A DNA stretch of 63,759 nucleotides, counting the filler, from an uncultured Acidimicrobiia bacterium (GTDB taxonomy: Bacteria > Actinomycetota > Acidimicrobiia > Spongiisociales > JAOTWH01), in NCBI GenBank assembly GCA_964347285.1. It is 4 parts of 4 records of this genome, joined end to end, with 100 filler letters (N's around TTAATTAATTAA, not from the genome) between each part and the next. Parts side by side here need not be neighbours in the genome. Positions count along the whole stretch, not along the records: positions 1 to 17,397 come from CAYFYE010000053.1; 3 more parts are not named here. One strand, 5' to 3'. Shown piece after piece: positions 1 through 8,604 of this stretch. Numbering within the stretch: the first letter of the stretch is position 1; each line of letters begins with the position of its first letter. Under the pieces are notes generated by a model, which saw only the letters and a program-made list of their open reading frames with translations, ran no database searches and was not told the origin of the DNA. The position numbers and the translations under genes were made by a program.

Positions 1-271
1 AGCACGATGACGATGAGCACGGCCAGCGTTCCCACGAGGGTCGTGCTGGACCGCATCCAGTCGCGGTTGTCGATGAGGCGGCGGGGGTGGTCATGGGCTG
101 TCTCCTTCGGCCGCACCAGCAGCGGCGAGTCGGCGCAAACGTGCGGCGAGGTTAGGCGGGTCGGTTTCCTCCGCAGGATGTGCCGGTGGTGGCCGGCCCG
201 TCCCAATCGACGTCATCGGCCCGGCCCGGAACAACCGGCACCGATCGCCTAGGATCGGCTCCAGTCTTTCG

Positions 272-565
272 GTGGGCCTGGCCGTAGCGAGCCGGACCGT
301 GGGCAAGGCGATCGTGGGATTGCGGGTGGTGAACAGAGATGGTTCGCCGCTGGGCGGGCCCAGGGCCTTTCTGAGAGTCCTGGTCTTCCCGCTCAGCTTC
401 GCCCTCTTGGGGTGGGGCTTTCTGGGCATCCTCCTCGGGCGGGAGCGACGGGCCCTCCACGACGTGACTGCCGTCACTACGGTCGTCTACGACTGGGGTG
501 ATCGGCCGGCCGAGTTGCCTGCCCCGCTGACGAGCTGGCTCTCGCGGCGTACGGCTCCGAGATGA
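272..565 (+). pseudogene. RDD-family membrane protein, C-terminal half only (probably truncated)
   Basis: TVGKAIVGLRVV...RRALHDVTAVTTVV matches the RDD C-terminal motifs; no N-terminal RD/TM half is recognisable upstream. Confidence 0.55.
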
Positions 566-647
566 GAAGGCGCTACCGGGCGTGGAGGAGCCGGTGGTCT
601 CGGCACCGCCGCCAGCGGAATGAGCCGGGGGAGGAGTGCCGGCGTCG

Positions 648-1673
648 ATGAGAGCTGCCGTCTTCAAGGAAGTGGGCGTTCTGTCGATCGAGGACCGGCC
701 CCGACCTCGGCTGGTGTCCGATGACGACGTTCTGGTCCGGGTCGTGGCGTGCGGCGTGTGCGGGACGGACGTCCACATCCTCAGCGACCCACCGGGGCAC
801 CCGGCCACGCTCGGGATCATCCTCGGGCACGAGTTCGTAGGCGACGTCGTCGAGGTGGGTGCGGCCGTTCACACTGTGACCGCGGGTGATCGAGTTGCGA
901 TCCGTCCGATCCTCACCTGCGGCACGTGCCGTCACTGCCTGGCGGGATTCCCCAACCACTGCGCCGATCTGGAGGCTCTGGGCGTACACCGGAACGGAGG
1001 CTTGGCTCAACATGCGGTTGCTCCGCAGAGCGCCTGTATCCCTCTGGCCCGATCGGTTCCCCCTTCGGTTGCGGCTATGACCGAGCCGCTGGCGTGCGTG
1101 GTCAATGCAGTCGAGCGGGCCGGACCGGTCCCCGGTGAGGATGTCGTCATCATCGGGGCGGGCGCCATCGGACTCTTGTTCCTGGCCGTGCTGCGCACGT
1201 CGGGCGTTCGGCGCATCGTGGTGGTGGAGCCGATTGCAGTGCGACGCGAGGTGGCCCAGCAGATGGGAGCAAACGCCGTCATCGATCCGACGTCGACCGA
1301 CTCGGTCGGATCGATCCAGCAGCATCTTCCCGACGGCCCCAGCCTCGTCATCGACGCAGTGGGGTCGCAATTGGCCACCGCGGTGGCGATCGCCGCCCGT
1401 CGCGGGCGCGTCATCCTGTTCGGAATGGACGCCCGGGCCCGTCCTGAGGTGGCTCAGTTCGCCATCACCGAGAGGGAGCTGTCGATTCTGGGCTCCTTTG
1501 TCGGGCAACACAGTTTTCCCGCCGCTATCCGCCTGCTGGAGTCCGGGGGCCTCGACCTGAGCCCGATCGTCAGCCATGTCGTCGCCCTCGATGAGGTTGC
1601 CGACGTCATCGGCCAGATCCGCCGAGGCGCCGTGGTCAAGGCGGTCGTCATGATGGACGCAGGCACCGCATGA
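648..1673 (+). CDS. Zinc-dependent alcohol/polyol dehydrogenase (MDR family)
   Basis: CGTD, GHE, CxxCxxC(7)C structural Zn site, GAGAIG Rossmann motif; likely start MRAAVF. Confidence 0.9.
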   Translation: MRAAVFKEVGVLSIEDRPRPRLVSDDDVLVRVVACGVCGTDVHILSDPPGHPATLGIILGHEFVGDVVEVGAAVHTVTAGDRVAIRPILTCGTCRHCLAGFPNHCADLEALGVHRNGGLAQHAVAPQSACIPLARSVPPSVAAMTEPLACVVNAVERAGPVPGEDVVIIGAGAIGLLFLAVLRTSGVRRIVVVEPIAVRREVAQQMGANAVIDPTSTDSVGSIQQHLPDGPSLVIDAVGSQLATAVAIAARRGRVILFGMDARARPEVAQFAITERELSILGSFVGQHSFPAAIRLLESGGLDLSPIVSHVVALDEVADVIGQIRRGAVVKAVVMMDAGTA

Positions 1674-2482
1674 GTAACCCGGTGGACCCGCCCCTGTTCG
1701 ACCTCGCCGTCTGCAGCGAGATGGTCTTCCTGGAGTTGCCTTTCGAAGAGCGAGTGCGCCGGATTCACCAACTCGGATTCCAGGTCGAGATTTGGAACTG
1801 GACCACCAAGGACATCGAGACGTTGGCCCGGACCGGAGCAGCGTTCTCGTCGATGACCGGGTACGTCCGGGGCGGGCTGGCCGAACCGGACGACGCCGCG
1901 GAGCTGATTCGGACCGCACGCCAGACCCTTCCCGTGGCTGCGCAGCTTGGCTGCCCTCGTCTGGTGATTCACGGCACCCAGCTCGACGACAGAGGCCGGG
2001 CCGTGCGGCCCGTTCACCGTGTCACCGGGGGAATGTGGCTCACTGCGGCCCGCACCCTGGACGAGCTGGCCGGATTGGGCGAGCAGGCCGGCGTCACGTT
2101 CTGCCTCGAGAACCTCAACCTCCTGGTGGACCATCCCGGTGTCCCTTTTGCCCGTGCCGCGGACACTCTCGCCCTCGTCGAAGCGGTCGATCGGCCGGGG
2201 GTGCGAATGATGCTCGACCTGTATCACGCCCAAATCGGCGAGGGCAACCTGATAGAGCTCATCCAACGCGCCGGTCCCGCCATCGGCGAGGTACAGGCGG
2301 CCGACGTACCCGGTCGCTGCGAACCCGGCACCGGCGAAATCAACTACCCGGCCATCGCCGCAGCACTTCACGACATGGGATACCGCGGCACAGTCGGCCT
2401 GGAGGCCTACGCAGCCGGCGACGACGAAGTTGCCCTGGAACGGTTCCGTGCCGCCTTCACTCGGGCCCCCGGCGGGCACTGA
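1670..2482 (+). CDS. Hydroxypyruvate isomerase-like TIM-barrel protein (Hyi family)
   Basis: LENLN, DLYHAQIGEG, ADVPGRCEPGTGEINY, VGLE motifs; ATGA overlap with the upstream dehydrogenase. Confidence 0.85.
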   Translation: MSNPVDPPLFDLAVCSEMVFLELPFEERVRRIHQLGFQVEIWNWTTKDIETLARTGAAFSSMTGYVRGGLAEPDDAAELIRTARQTLPVAAQLGCPRLVIHGTQLDDRGRAVRPVHRVTGGMWLTAARTLDELAGLGEQAGVTFCLENLNLLVDHPGVPFARAADTLALVEAVDRPGVRMMLDLYHAQIGEGNLIELIQRAGPAIGEVQAADVPGRCEPGTGEINYPAIAAALHDMGYRGTVGLEAYAAGDDEVALERFRAAFTRAPGGH

Positions 2483-2576
2483 CGGCGGGTCCGCTTCGAC
2501 GCCCTCCCGGGTGCCATCCGCAGGAGAGCCGCTGCAGGATGCCCGCACGGGTGGCCCGCCGCAGCGGGGCTTTCGG

Positions 2577-2651
2577 TGGGCCCACCTGGATTTGAACCAG
2601 GGACCTCATCCTTATCAGGGATGCGCTCTAACCAGGCTGAGCTATGGGCCC
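2577..2651 (-). tRNA. tRNA-Ile(GAT)
   Basis: GGGCCCATAGCTCAG...CATCC CTGATAA GGATG...GGTTCAAATCC...TGGGCCCA cloverleaf. Confidence 0.95.
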
Positions 2652-2735
2652 CCTGGGACACGGGAGTGTACCAGTGCCCGGGAATGGCCCAGCGGTCCGG
2701 CGGGGTTGGCTCGGTATGATGGCGCCCCAACGGAC

Positions 2736-2809
2736 GGGGATGTAGCTCAGTCTGGCAGAGCACCTGGTTTGCAACCAGGGGGTCGTCGGTTCAAATCCGA
2801 TCATCTCCA
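2736..2809 (+). tRNA. tRNA-Ala(TGC)
   Basis: GGGGATGTAGCTCAG...CCTGG TTTGCAA CCAGG...GGTTCAAATCC...CATCTCCA; G3:U70 pair present. Confidence 0.95.
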
Positions 2810-2829
2810 CGGATTCCCCAGGAGGTCAA

Positions 2830-3981
2830 GTGAAAACTGCCGTCATCGTCGACGCCGTCCGCACTCCGGTCGGCAAGCGCAACGGGTTGCTCAAAGACTG
2901 GCACCCCGTCGATCTCGCCGCCGAAACGCTCCAAGCTCTCGTTGAGCGCAACGACATCGACCCGGCGGAGATCGATGACGTGATCATGGGCTGTGTGAGC
3001 CAGACCGGTGAGCAGGCTGCCAACGTGGCCCGTAATGCGGTGCTCGCCGCCGGGTGGCCCGAGGAGGTGCCGGGCACCACGATCGATCGCCAGTGCGGTT
3101 CCAGCCAGCAGGCGGCGCATTTTGCTGCCCAAGGGGTCATAGCCGGCGTCTACGACATGGTGGTGGCGGCGGGGGTCGAGGCAATGACTCGAGTACCGAT
3201 GGGTATCGCCGTGCAGCAGGGTCCGGGCATGGCGTTCGGGCCCAGGGTCATGGACCGCTACGCCCAAGGCCTCGTACCGCAGGGAATCTCGGCCGAGCTG
3301 ATTGCCGAGAAATGGGCCATACCGCGCGAAGAGCTCGACACACTCGCCCTCGAGTCGCATCGGCGGGCAGCCCGGGCCACCGATGAAGGGCGCTTCGAGC
3401 CCGAGATCGTCCCCGTACCCGTCGACGGCGCCGAATCCATGACCAGGGACGAGGGAATTCGCTGGGACACCAGCTCCGAAGCGCTGAGCGGCCTCAAGCC
3501 CGCTTTCAAGCCGGACGGGGTGATCACGGCCGGCAACTCGTCGCAGATCTCCGACGGAGCGGCTGCGCTCCTGGTTACGAGCGAAGACAAGGCGGCCGAG
3601 TTGGGTCTCGAGCCCAAGGCCCGATTCGCGGCGTTTGCCCTGGCCGGTGTCGATCCGATCATGATGCTCACCGGTCCCATTCCGGCTACGCAGAAGGTCC
3701 TGGATCGAGCCGGCCTTTCCGTGGACGACATCGATCTGTTCCAGGTGAACGAGGCCTTTGCCTCGGTCGTGGCGGCCTGGCTCCGGGAGACCGGGGTCGA
3801 CCATTCCAAGGTCAACGTCAACGGCGGGGCGATGGCGCTGGGTCACCCTCTGGGGGCGACCGGCGCCAAGTTGATGACCACTTTGGTGCACGAACTGCAG
3901 CGCTCCGGTGGGCGCTACGGCCTCCAGGCCATGTGTGAAGGAGGCGGCATGGCCAACGCGACGATCCTCGAGCGGATGTAG
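2830..3981 (+). CDS. Acetyl-CoA C-acyltransferase (thiolase)
   Basis: RQCGSS, NEAF, GHPLGATG, CEGGG motifs; RBS AGGAGG. Confidence 0.95.
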   Translation: MKTAVIVDAVRTPVGKRNGLLKDWHPVDLAAETLQALVERNDIDPAEIDDVIMGCVSQTGEQAANVARNAVLAAGWPEEVPGTTIDRQCGSSQQAAHFAAQGVIAGVYDMVVAAGVEAMTRVPMGIAVQQGPGMAFGPRVMDRYAQGLVPQGISAELIAEKWAIPREELDTLALESHRRAARATDEGRFEPEIVPVPVDGAESMTRDEGIRWDTSSEALSGLKPAFKPDGVITAGNSSQISDGAAALLVTSEDKAAELGLEPKARFAAFALAGVDPIMMLTGPIPATQKVLDRAGLSVDDIDLFQVNEAFASVVAAWLRETGVDHSKVNVNGGAMALGHPLGATGAKLMTTLVHELQRSGGRYGLQAMCEGGGMANATILERM

Positions 3982-3993
3982 CGCTCCGGGCCG

Positions 3994-4227
3994 ATGGACG
4001 TTTTGATCGCCGTCCTCATCGGCCTAGTCATCTTTGGGCTGGGCCTGTGGGCGGTGCGGCTGCTGGCGACACCCCCGCCCGACGAACCCGACCCCGACGC
4101 CGTCGTCGAGACCGCCGCCGATTACCGCTGCTCGGTGTGCGGATTACGCCTTACCGTGACCCACGCCCAGGATGCCGAGATCTCGGCGCCCAAGCACTGT
4201 CGCGAGGAGATGGAGGCGGTTCCCTAG
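3994..4227 (+). CDS. Small single-TM protein with a desulforedoxin-like CxxC...HC metal-binding domain
   Basis: N-terminal hydrophobic helix followed by YRCSVCG...KHCREEM. Confidence 0.7.
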   Translation: MDVLIAVLIGLVIFGLGLWAVRLLATPPPDEPDPDAVVETAADYRCSVCGLRLTVTHAQDAEISAPKHCREEMEAVP

Positions 4228-4259
4228 TTATCCACAGGAGTGGACAACTCTGGGGAGAA
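4228..4259. promoter_or_regulatory. DnaA-box cluster (one perfect TTATCCACA plus two degenerate boxes)
   Basis: TTATCCACA at 4228-4236, then AGTGGACAA and TGGGGAGAA (reverse-orientation near-matches) in a short intergenic region. Confidence 0.6.
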
Positions 4260-4274
4260 TAACAGACGTGTAAT

Positions 4275-4529
4275 TCAGCGGTAGTTGAGCGTCATCGTGA
4301 ACCCAATGGCTATGCCGGCCAAACCAATGATCAGCCAGCTATTCGAGGTTCCGCCCGGCACCACCCCTATGTAATTAAGGATTATGAGGATTGCGCCGAT
4401 GGCCATGAGGCCGAACATGGTTGCCACATACCACGCCGGGGAGGGACCTTTGGCCTTGACTTCACGAGGTGCCGGAGGCGGAGCCGACCGCTTCTTCTTC
4501 GCCTTCTTGCGGGCTTTCGACTTGGGCAC
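4275..4529 (-). CDS. crgA: Cell division protein CrgA
   Basis: MPKSKARKK...SPAWY...two TMs...N.IIG.G..GF.MT..YR; synteny with sortase and pknB. Confidence 0.9.
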   Translation of the reverse strand: MPKSKARKKAKKKRSAPPPAPREVKAKGPSPAWYVATMFGLMAIGAILIILNYIGVVPGGTSNSWLIIGLAGIAIGFTMTLNYR

Positions 4530-4598
4530 GCATTGCATCGTAGCCGGTGGACCGGTTTGGCCCCGCTCACCGGTAACCTCGCGGCCGAGGGCCAGTTA

Positions 4599-5414
4599 AT
4601 GACCGAGACTCCCGCTACCGATCTGCCCGCCGACGACACGACGGAGTCGGTTGTTGCCCAACTGAGTCGGCCGAGGCGCGAAGGCCGAGTAGTCAAAGTG
4701 GTTCGCGGCATCGGTTGGACGTTCATCTATGTCGGCTTCCTCATCCTGGGCTTCGTGTTTCACCAGTTGTTCATCACCGACTTTTTTGCCGAGCGGGCCC
4801 AGGCCGGGCTCGAGAAGGAGCTCGAAGCGCGCTTGGCGACGACCGAGCCCAGGCGGGCCATACTCGACCCCGAGACCGGACAGATCATCGAGGTCGACGA
4901 GGCTGGCGGGAACGGAGGCACTACACCTTCGCCCGATCTCGAGACCGGCCCCGGGATCCTCTTCGCCCTGGAGACGGCGCCCGATGAGGGCGAACCGGTC
5001 GGGATCATTCGCATTCCCGAGATCGATGTCGACTGGGCCGTAGTCGAGGGGGTACGACTGGGCTCCGACCTCAAGAAGGGTGCCGGTCACTACCCCGACA
5101 CGCCGCTCCCCGGCCAGCCCGGCAACGCGGCCATCGCCGGCCACCGCACCACCTACGGCGCGCCATTTCACGATCTCGACAAGCTGGAGCCGGGCGATCA
5201 GATCTTCTGGGACAGTGCCACCGGGACGCACGTCTACGCGGTCCGTGACATCCAGGTGGTGAAGCCGACTGCGGTGTGGGTCGTCGAACCCAAGGACGGC
5301 GGATGGCTCACGTTGACCACCTGCAACCCCAAGTTCTCGGCCCGAGAGCGGTTGGTGGTGTTCGCCGAGATGGTCGGAGGACCCAACGCGCCGGTCATTG
5401 TGGGCAACATATGA
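4599..5414 (+). CDS. Class E sortase
   Basis: AGHRTTYGAPF, TLTTCNPKFSARERL catalytic motifs; N-terminal TM. Confidence 0.9.
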   Translation: MTETPATDLPADDTTESVVAQLSRPRREGRVVKVVRGIGWTFIYVGFLILGFVFHQLFITDFFAERAQAGLEKELEARLATTEPRRAILDPETGQIIEVDEAGGNGGTTPSPDLETGPGILFALETAPDEGEPVGIIRIPEIDVDWAVVEGVRLGSDLKKGAGHYPDTPLPGQPGNAAIAGHRTTYGAPFHDLDKLEPGDQIFWDSATGTHVYAVRDIQVVKPTAVWVVEPKDGGWLTLTTCNPKFSARERLVVFAEMVGGPNAPVIVGNI

Positions 5415-5563
5415 TCCGGTGGGTTTACCGAAGTCTTCCCGGCCCGACCGGCCTTCGTATCGCTCTCTTTGCGGTGATCACGGTGGCCTTCCTCATCGCC
5501 CTGCATTTCTTCTACACCTGGGTCGGTGACACCTTCCTGGACACCGGTGGAGGCCTTGGCTGA
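5411..5563 (+). CDS. Small membrane protein coupled to the sortase (50 aa)
   Basis: ATGA overlap with the sortase stop; MIRWVYRSLPGPTGLRIALFAVITVAFLIALHFFYTW... Confidence 0.7.
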   Translation: MIRWVYRSLPGPTGLRIALFAVITVAFLIALHFFYTWVGDTFLDTGGGLG

Positions 5564-5607
5564 CTCCACGGCTGGGGTGTTCAACAACGTACCGTCGGGC
5601 CGCTGCT

Positions 5608-6423
5608 TCAGTCCGCCAACTGGTAGGTTCCGTTGGGAGATCTCCAGACCATTCCTTCAGCGATCAAGGCATCGATAGCCGCCCGGGTGCGCCGAGAGCC
5701 CGTGGCGGTAGCCGATGCCAGCTCTGTGAGCGACAGAGGGGCGCCTGATGTCAAGGACCGCAGCACCGCACCGCGGGCCTGGCGCAGTGACCCTTCGAAC
5801 CGGCCCTGCCGCGGTGCCGGCCGGTAACCCTGGGGGCCGGGGCAGTATTCGGCCACCGGGCAGCGCTCACAGCGCGGAGCCCGGGGCAGGCAGACTTCAG
5901 CGCCGAGGTCCATGATCGCCTGGTTCCAGTCGGCCGCCTTTCCCTGGAGTACCCGACCGGCTTCTTCGGCCAGGGCCGCGCCCTCGAGAGGCTTCCCGGC
6001 CCACCTGCTGAGGACGCGTCGTACGTTGGTGTCGACGACGGCTACCGGCTCCCCAAAGGCAAAGCACGCCAGAGCGGCGGCGGTGTAAGGCCCCACACCG
6101 GGTAGCTGCTGAAGCTCCGCGGGCGTGGTCGGCCACCCAGTGGCACTGATTCGGCGGGCGGCGTCGCGGAGCCGCTTGGCCCGGCTGTTGTAGCCCAGGC
6201 CGGCCCAGGCCCCGAGCACGCTCTGCAGGGGGGCGGCCGCCAGGGCTTGAACCGTGGGAAACCGATCGAGGAACGCCTGGTAGTGACGGGCGACCCGTGC
6301 CGTCTGGGTTTGCTGCAACATGACCTCGGCCACGAGGACTCGATACGGATCGGCCTCTCCACGCCAGGGGAGTGGTCGGCTCCGGCTCCGGTACCACTCC
6401 ACGAGAGCGGCGCCTCTGGTCAC
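5608..6423 (-). CDS. mutY: A/G-specific adenine glycosylase (short form)
   Basis: EVMLQQT, WAGLGY, LPGVGPYTA HhH, VDTNVRR, Cx6Cx2Cx5C Fe-S motif. Confidence 0.9.
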   Translation of the reverse strand: MTRGAALVEWYRSRSRPLPWRGEADPYRVLVAEVMLQQTQTARVARHYQAFLDRFPTVQALAAAPLQSVLGAWAGLGYNSRAKRLRDAARRISATGWPTTPAELQQLPGVGPYTAAALACFAFGEPVAVVDTNVRRVLSRWAGKPLEGAALAEEAGRVLQGKAADWNQAIMDLGAEVCLPRAPRCERCPVAEYCPGPQGYRPAPRQGRFEGSLRQARGAVLRSLTSGAPLSLTELASATATGSRRTRAAIDALIAEGMVWRSPNGTYQLAD

Positions 6424-8582
6424 GGGGCAATGGTGGTGGTCGTCGTCGGGGTCGTCGTGGTGGTCGTGGTCGTCGTCGGGGTGGGTTCGCCGAGAATCAC
6501 CGTCACCGTCTGGCCCACCTGGAGTTCCGTGCCCGCCGCTGGAGTCTGACTGATGACCGTTCCCACTTGCGCATCGGGAACGGGAGTCGTTCCCGCCACC
6601 TCGAAGACGAGGCCGATCACTTCGACAGCCGATCGGGCATCAGCCTCGGAGAGGCCTACCAGCGACGGCACCGCCGACCGTGGTATCTGACCGATAGCGA
6701 CGACGACGGACTCGCCCATCTCCAACTCGACGTCGGGCTGGGGGTCCTGGGCGGCAATAACGTTCTCGAGACCACTGCCCGGCTCGACGGGGACGGGGGT
6801 CGGATCGACCTGTAGGACCAACCCGAGCTCTTCGAGGATCGATCCTGCTTCGGCGACGGTCTTGCCGACCAGCAGCGGTACCTGCACTGTGCCCGGCCCG
6901 GCCGAAACGAACAGGGTGATCGAGCCTCCCTTGGGAAGCAGGCTGGCCGCGTCCGGTTCGCTCCGCACGACAAAGCCCTCCGGGACCTCGCTGGAGAACT
7001 CCTCTTCGATGTTGATTGTGATGTCCTCGGGTCCAAAGCCGGCCTGGATCAGTTGGAAGCGGGCGTTTCCCACCGCCAGGCCGGCGAGGGGGGGCACGAT
7101 GATCGACTCGGGTCCGCACGACACAATGAGATCGACCTCGGTTTGTGGGGGTACCTGGGTGCCGGCGGCCGGACTCTGGGAGACGACGATGCCCTCGTCG
7201 ATGTCGGTGCGGGATTCGCACTCCACCGCTCCCAGCGTCAGGTCGTTGTCTGCGAGGAGCTGTATGGCGCGCTCTTCCGTCTCACCGATGAGGTTCAACA
7301 CCGGGAATCCTTCCGGTCCGGTTGAAACGAGCACGGTGACGAAGGAGTCGGCCTGTACCCTCTCGCCGACCGGCGGTTCGGTCCCGATGACCAAACCGGG
7401 CTCGACCTCATCGCTTGCCTGGAAGCTGGTGCGCACCCGGAGGTCGAGTGCCTGCAGCTCCGCGAGCGCATCTTCCTCGGTGAGGCCGGCCACGTCGGGG
7501 ATGACCACGATGTTCCCGTCGCCGCCTCCCGAGAACACCCTGAAGAGCAGGAACGCCCCAATGCCCACAGCCACCACCAGCGCCGCCACACCGAGAATGA
7601 ACAGGCTCTGGCTGTGGGGTGCCTCCTCGATTGCGGATGCCTGCGCCACATGTCGGGCGGTCTCATCGGGGGGAACGGTCGCCGGCGGAGGTGACTCCAT
7701 GAGCCGGGTGGCGGCGTCCGGTGGGGCGACCGCCACGGGCTCGACTCCGGCCGGCTGCTCGCCCCGCAAGTAGTGGAGGAGATCGTTCCGCATCTCGGCC
7801 GCCGACTGGTAGCGGGCCCCGGGGTTCTTCTCGAGGGCTTTCATGACGATGGCGTCCAGCTCCCGGGGGACATCGTGATTGAGCGAGGATGGCGGAGCTG
7901 CGAATTCGGAGACGTGCTGGTAGGCCACCGCCACAGGGCTCTCACCGGAGAATGGCGGGATTCCGGCCAGCATCTCGTACAACACGATGCCGAGCGAGTA
8001 GACGTCGGAGCGCTCGTCGGCCGGCAATCCCTGGGCCTGCTCTGGGCTGAAGTACGTGGCGGTGCCGATGACGGCACCGGTCTTGGTCAGCTCCTCGGAG
8101 TCGTCGAGCGCTCGGGCAATACCGAAATCGGTCACCTTCACGCTGCCGTCGGCAGTCAGCATGATGTTGCCGGGCTTGAGGTCTCGATGGATGAGGCCGG
8201 ATGCGTGGGCCACCTCGAGGGCGGCCGCCACCTCGGCGATGATCTCTGCAGAGCGTCGAGGGAGCAGGGTCTCTTCGCTCTTGAGAATGTCGCGCACCGT
8301 CCGGCCATGGATCAGCTCCATGACGATGAAATAGGTCGATGCCTCGCTACCCCAATCGAAGATGCTGACGATGTTGGGATGACTGAGGTTGGCGGCCGCT
8401 TGGGCCTCGCGGCGAAAGCGCTGGACGAAGGCGTCGTCGGTGGCGAATTGGGTATGGAGAACCTTCACAGCCACGGCACGCTGCAGTTCGCGGTCCTCGG
8501 CCTCGAAGACGTCGGCCATACCGCCTCGGGCCAGGTGGGTGGTGAGAAGGTAACGCCCGGCGAGCGTCCGGTCTGCGTTCAC
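6420..8582 (-). CDS. pknB: Ser/Thr protein kinase with five PASTA domains
   Basis: GGMADV, VAVK, HRDLKPGN, DFG, SPEQ; TM; five PASTA repeats; Thr-rich tail. Confidence 0.95.
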   Translation of the reverse strand: MNADRTLAGRYLLTTHLARGGMADVFEAEDRELQRAVAVKVLHTQFATDDAFVQRFRREAQAAANLSHPNIVSIFDWGSEASTYFIVMELIHGRTVRDILKSEETLLPRRSAEIIAEVAAALEVAHASGLIHRDLKPGNIMLTADGSVKVTDFGIARALDDSEELTKTGAVIGTATYFSPEQAQGLPADERSDVYSLGIVLYEMLAGIPPFSGESPVAVAYQHVSEFAAPPSSLNHDVPRELDAIVMKALEKNPGARYQSAAEMRNDLLHYLRGEQPAGVEPVAVAPPDAATRLMESPPPATVPPDETARHVAQASAIEEAPHSQSLFILGVAALVVAVGIGAFLLFRVFSGGGDGNIVVIPDVAGLTEEDALAELQALDLRVRTSFQASDEVEPGLVIGTEPPVGERVQADSFVTVLVSTGPEGFPVLNLIGETEERAIQLLADNDLTLGAVECESRTDIDEGIVVSQSPAAGTQVPPQTEVDLIVSCGPESIIVPPLAGLAVGNARFQLIQAGFGPEDITINIEEEFSSEVPEGFVVRSEPDAASLLPKGGSITLFVSAGPGTVQVPLLVGKTVAEAGSILEELGLVLQVDPTPVPVEPGSGLENVIAAQDPQPDVELEMGESVVVAIGQIPRSAVPSLVGLSEADARSAVEVIGLVFEVAGTTPVPDAQVGTVISQTPAAGTELQVGQTVTVILGEPTPTTTTTTTTTPTTTTTIAP

Positions 8583-8604
8583 GACCGTTCGATGGTAACG
8601 GGGG

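Noticed and set aside
1..95. Possible minus-strand gene start at the window edge (AAGGAG then ATG at 94)
   Set aside because: Too short to determine frame or product
6430..6485. GTC/GTG trinucleotide-like repeat
   Set aside because: Encodes the Thr-rich tail of PknB
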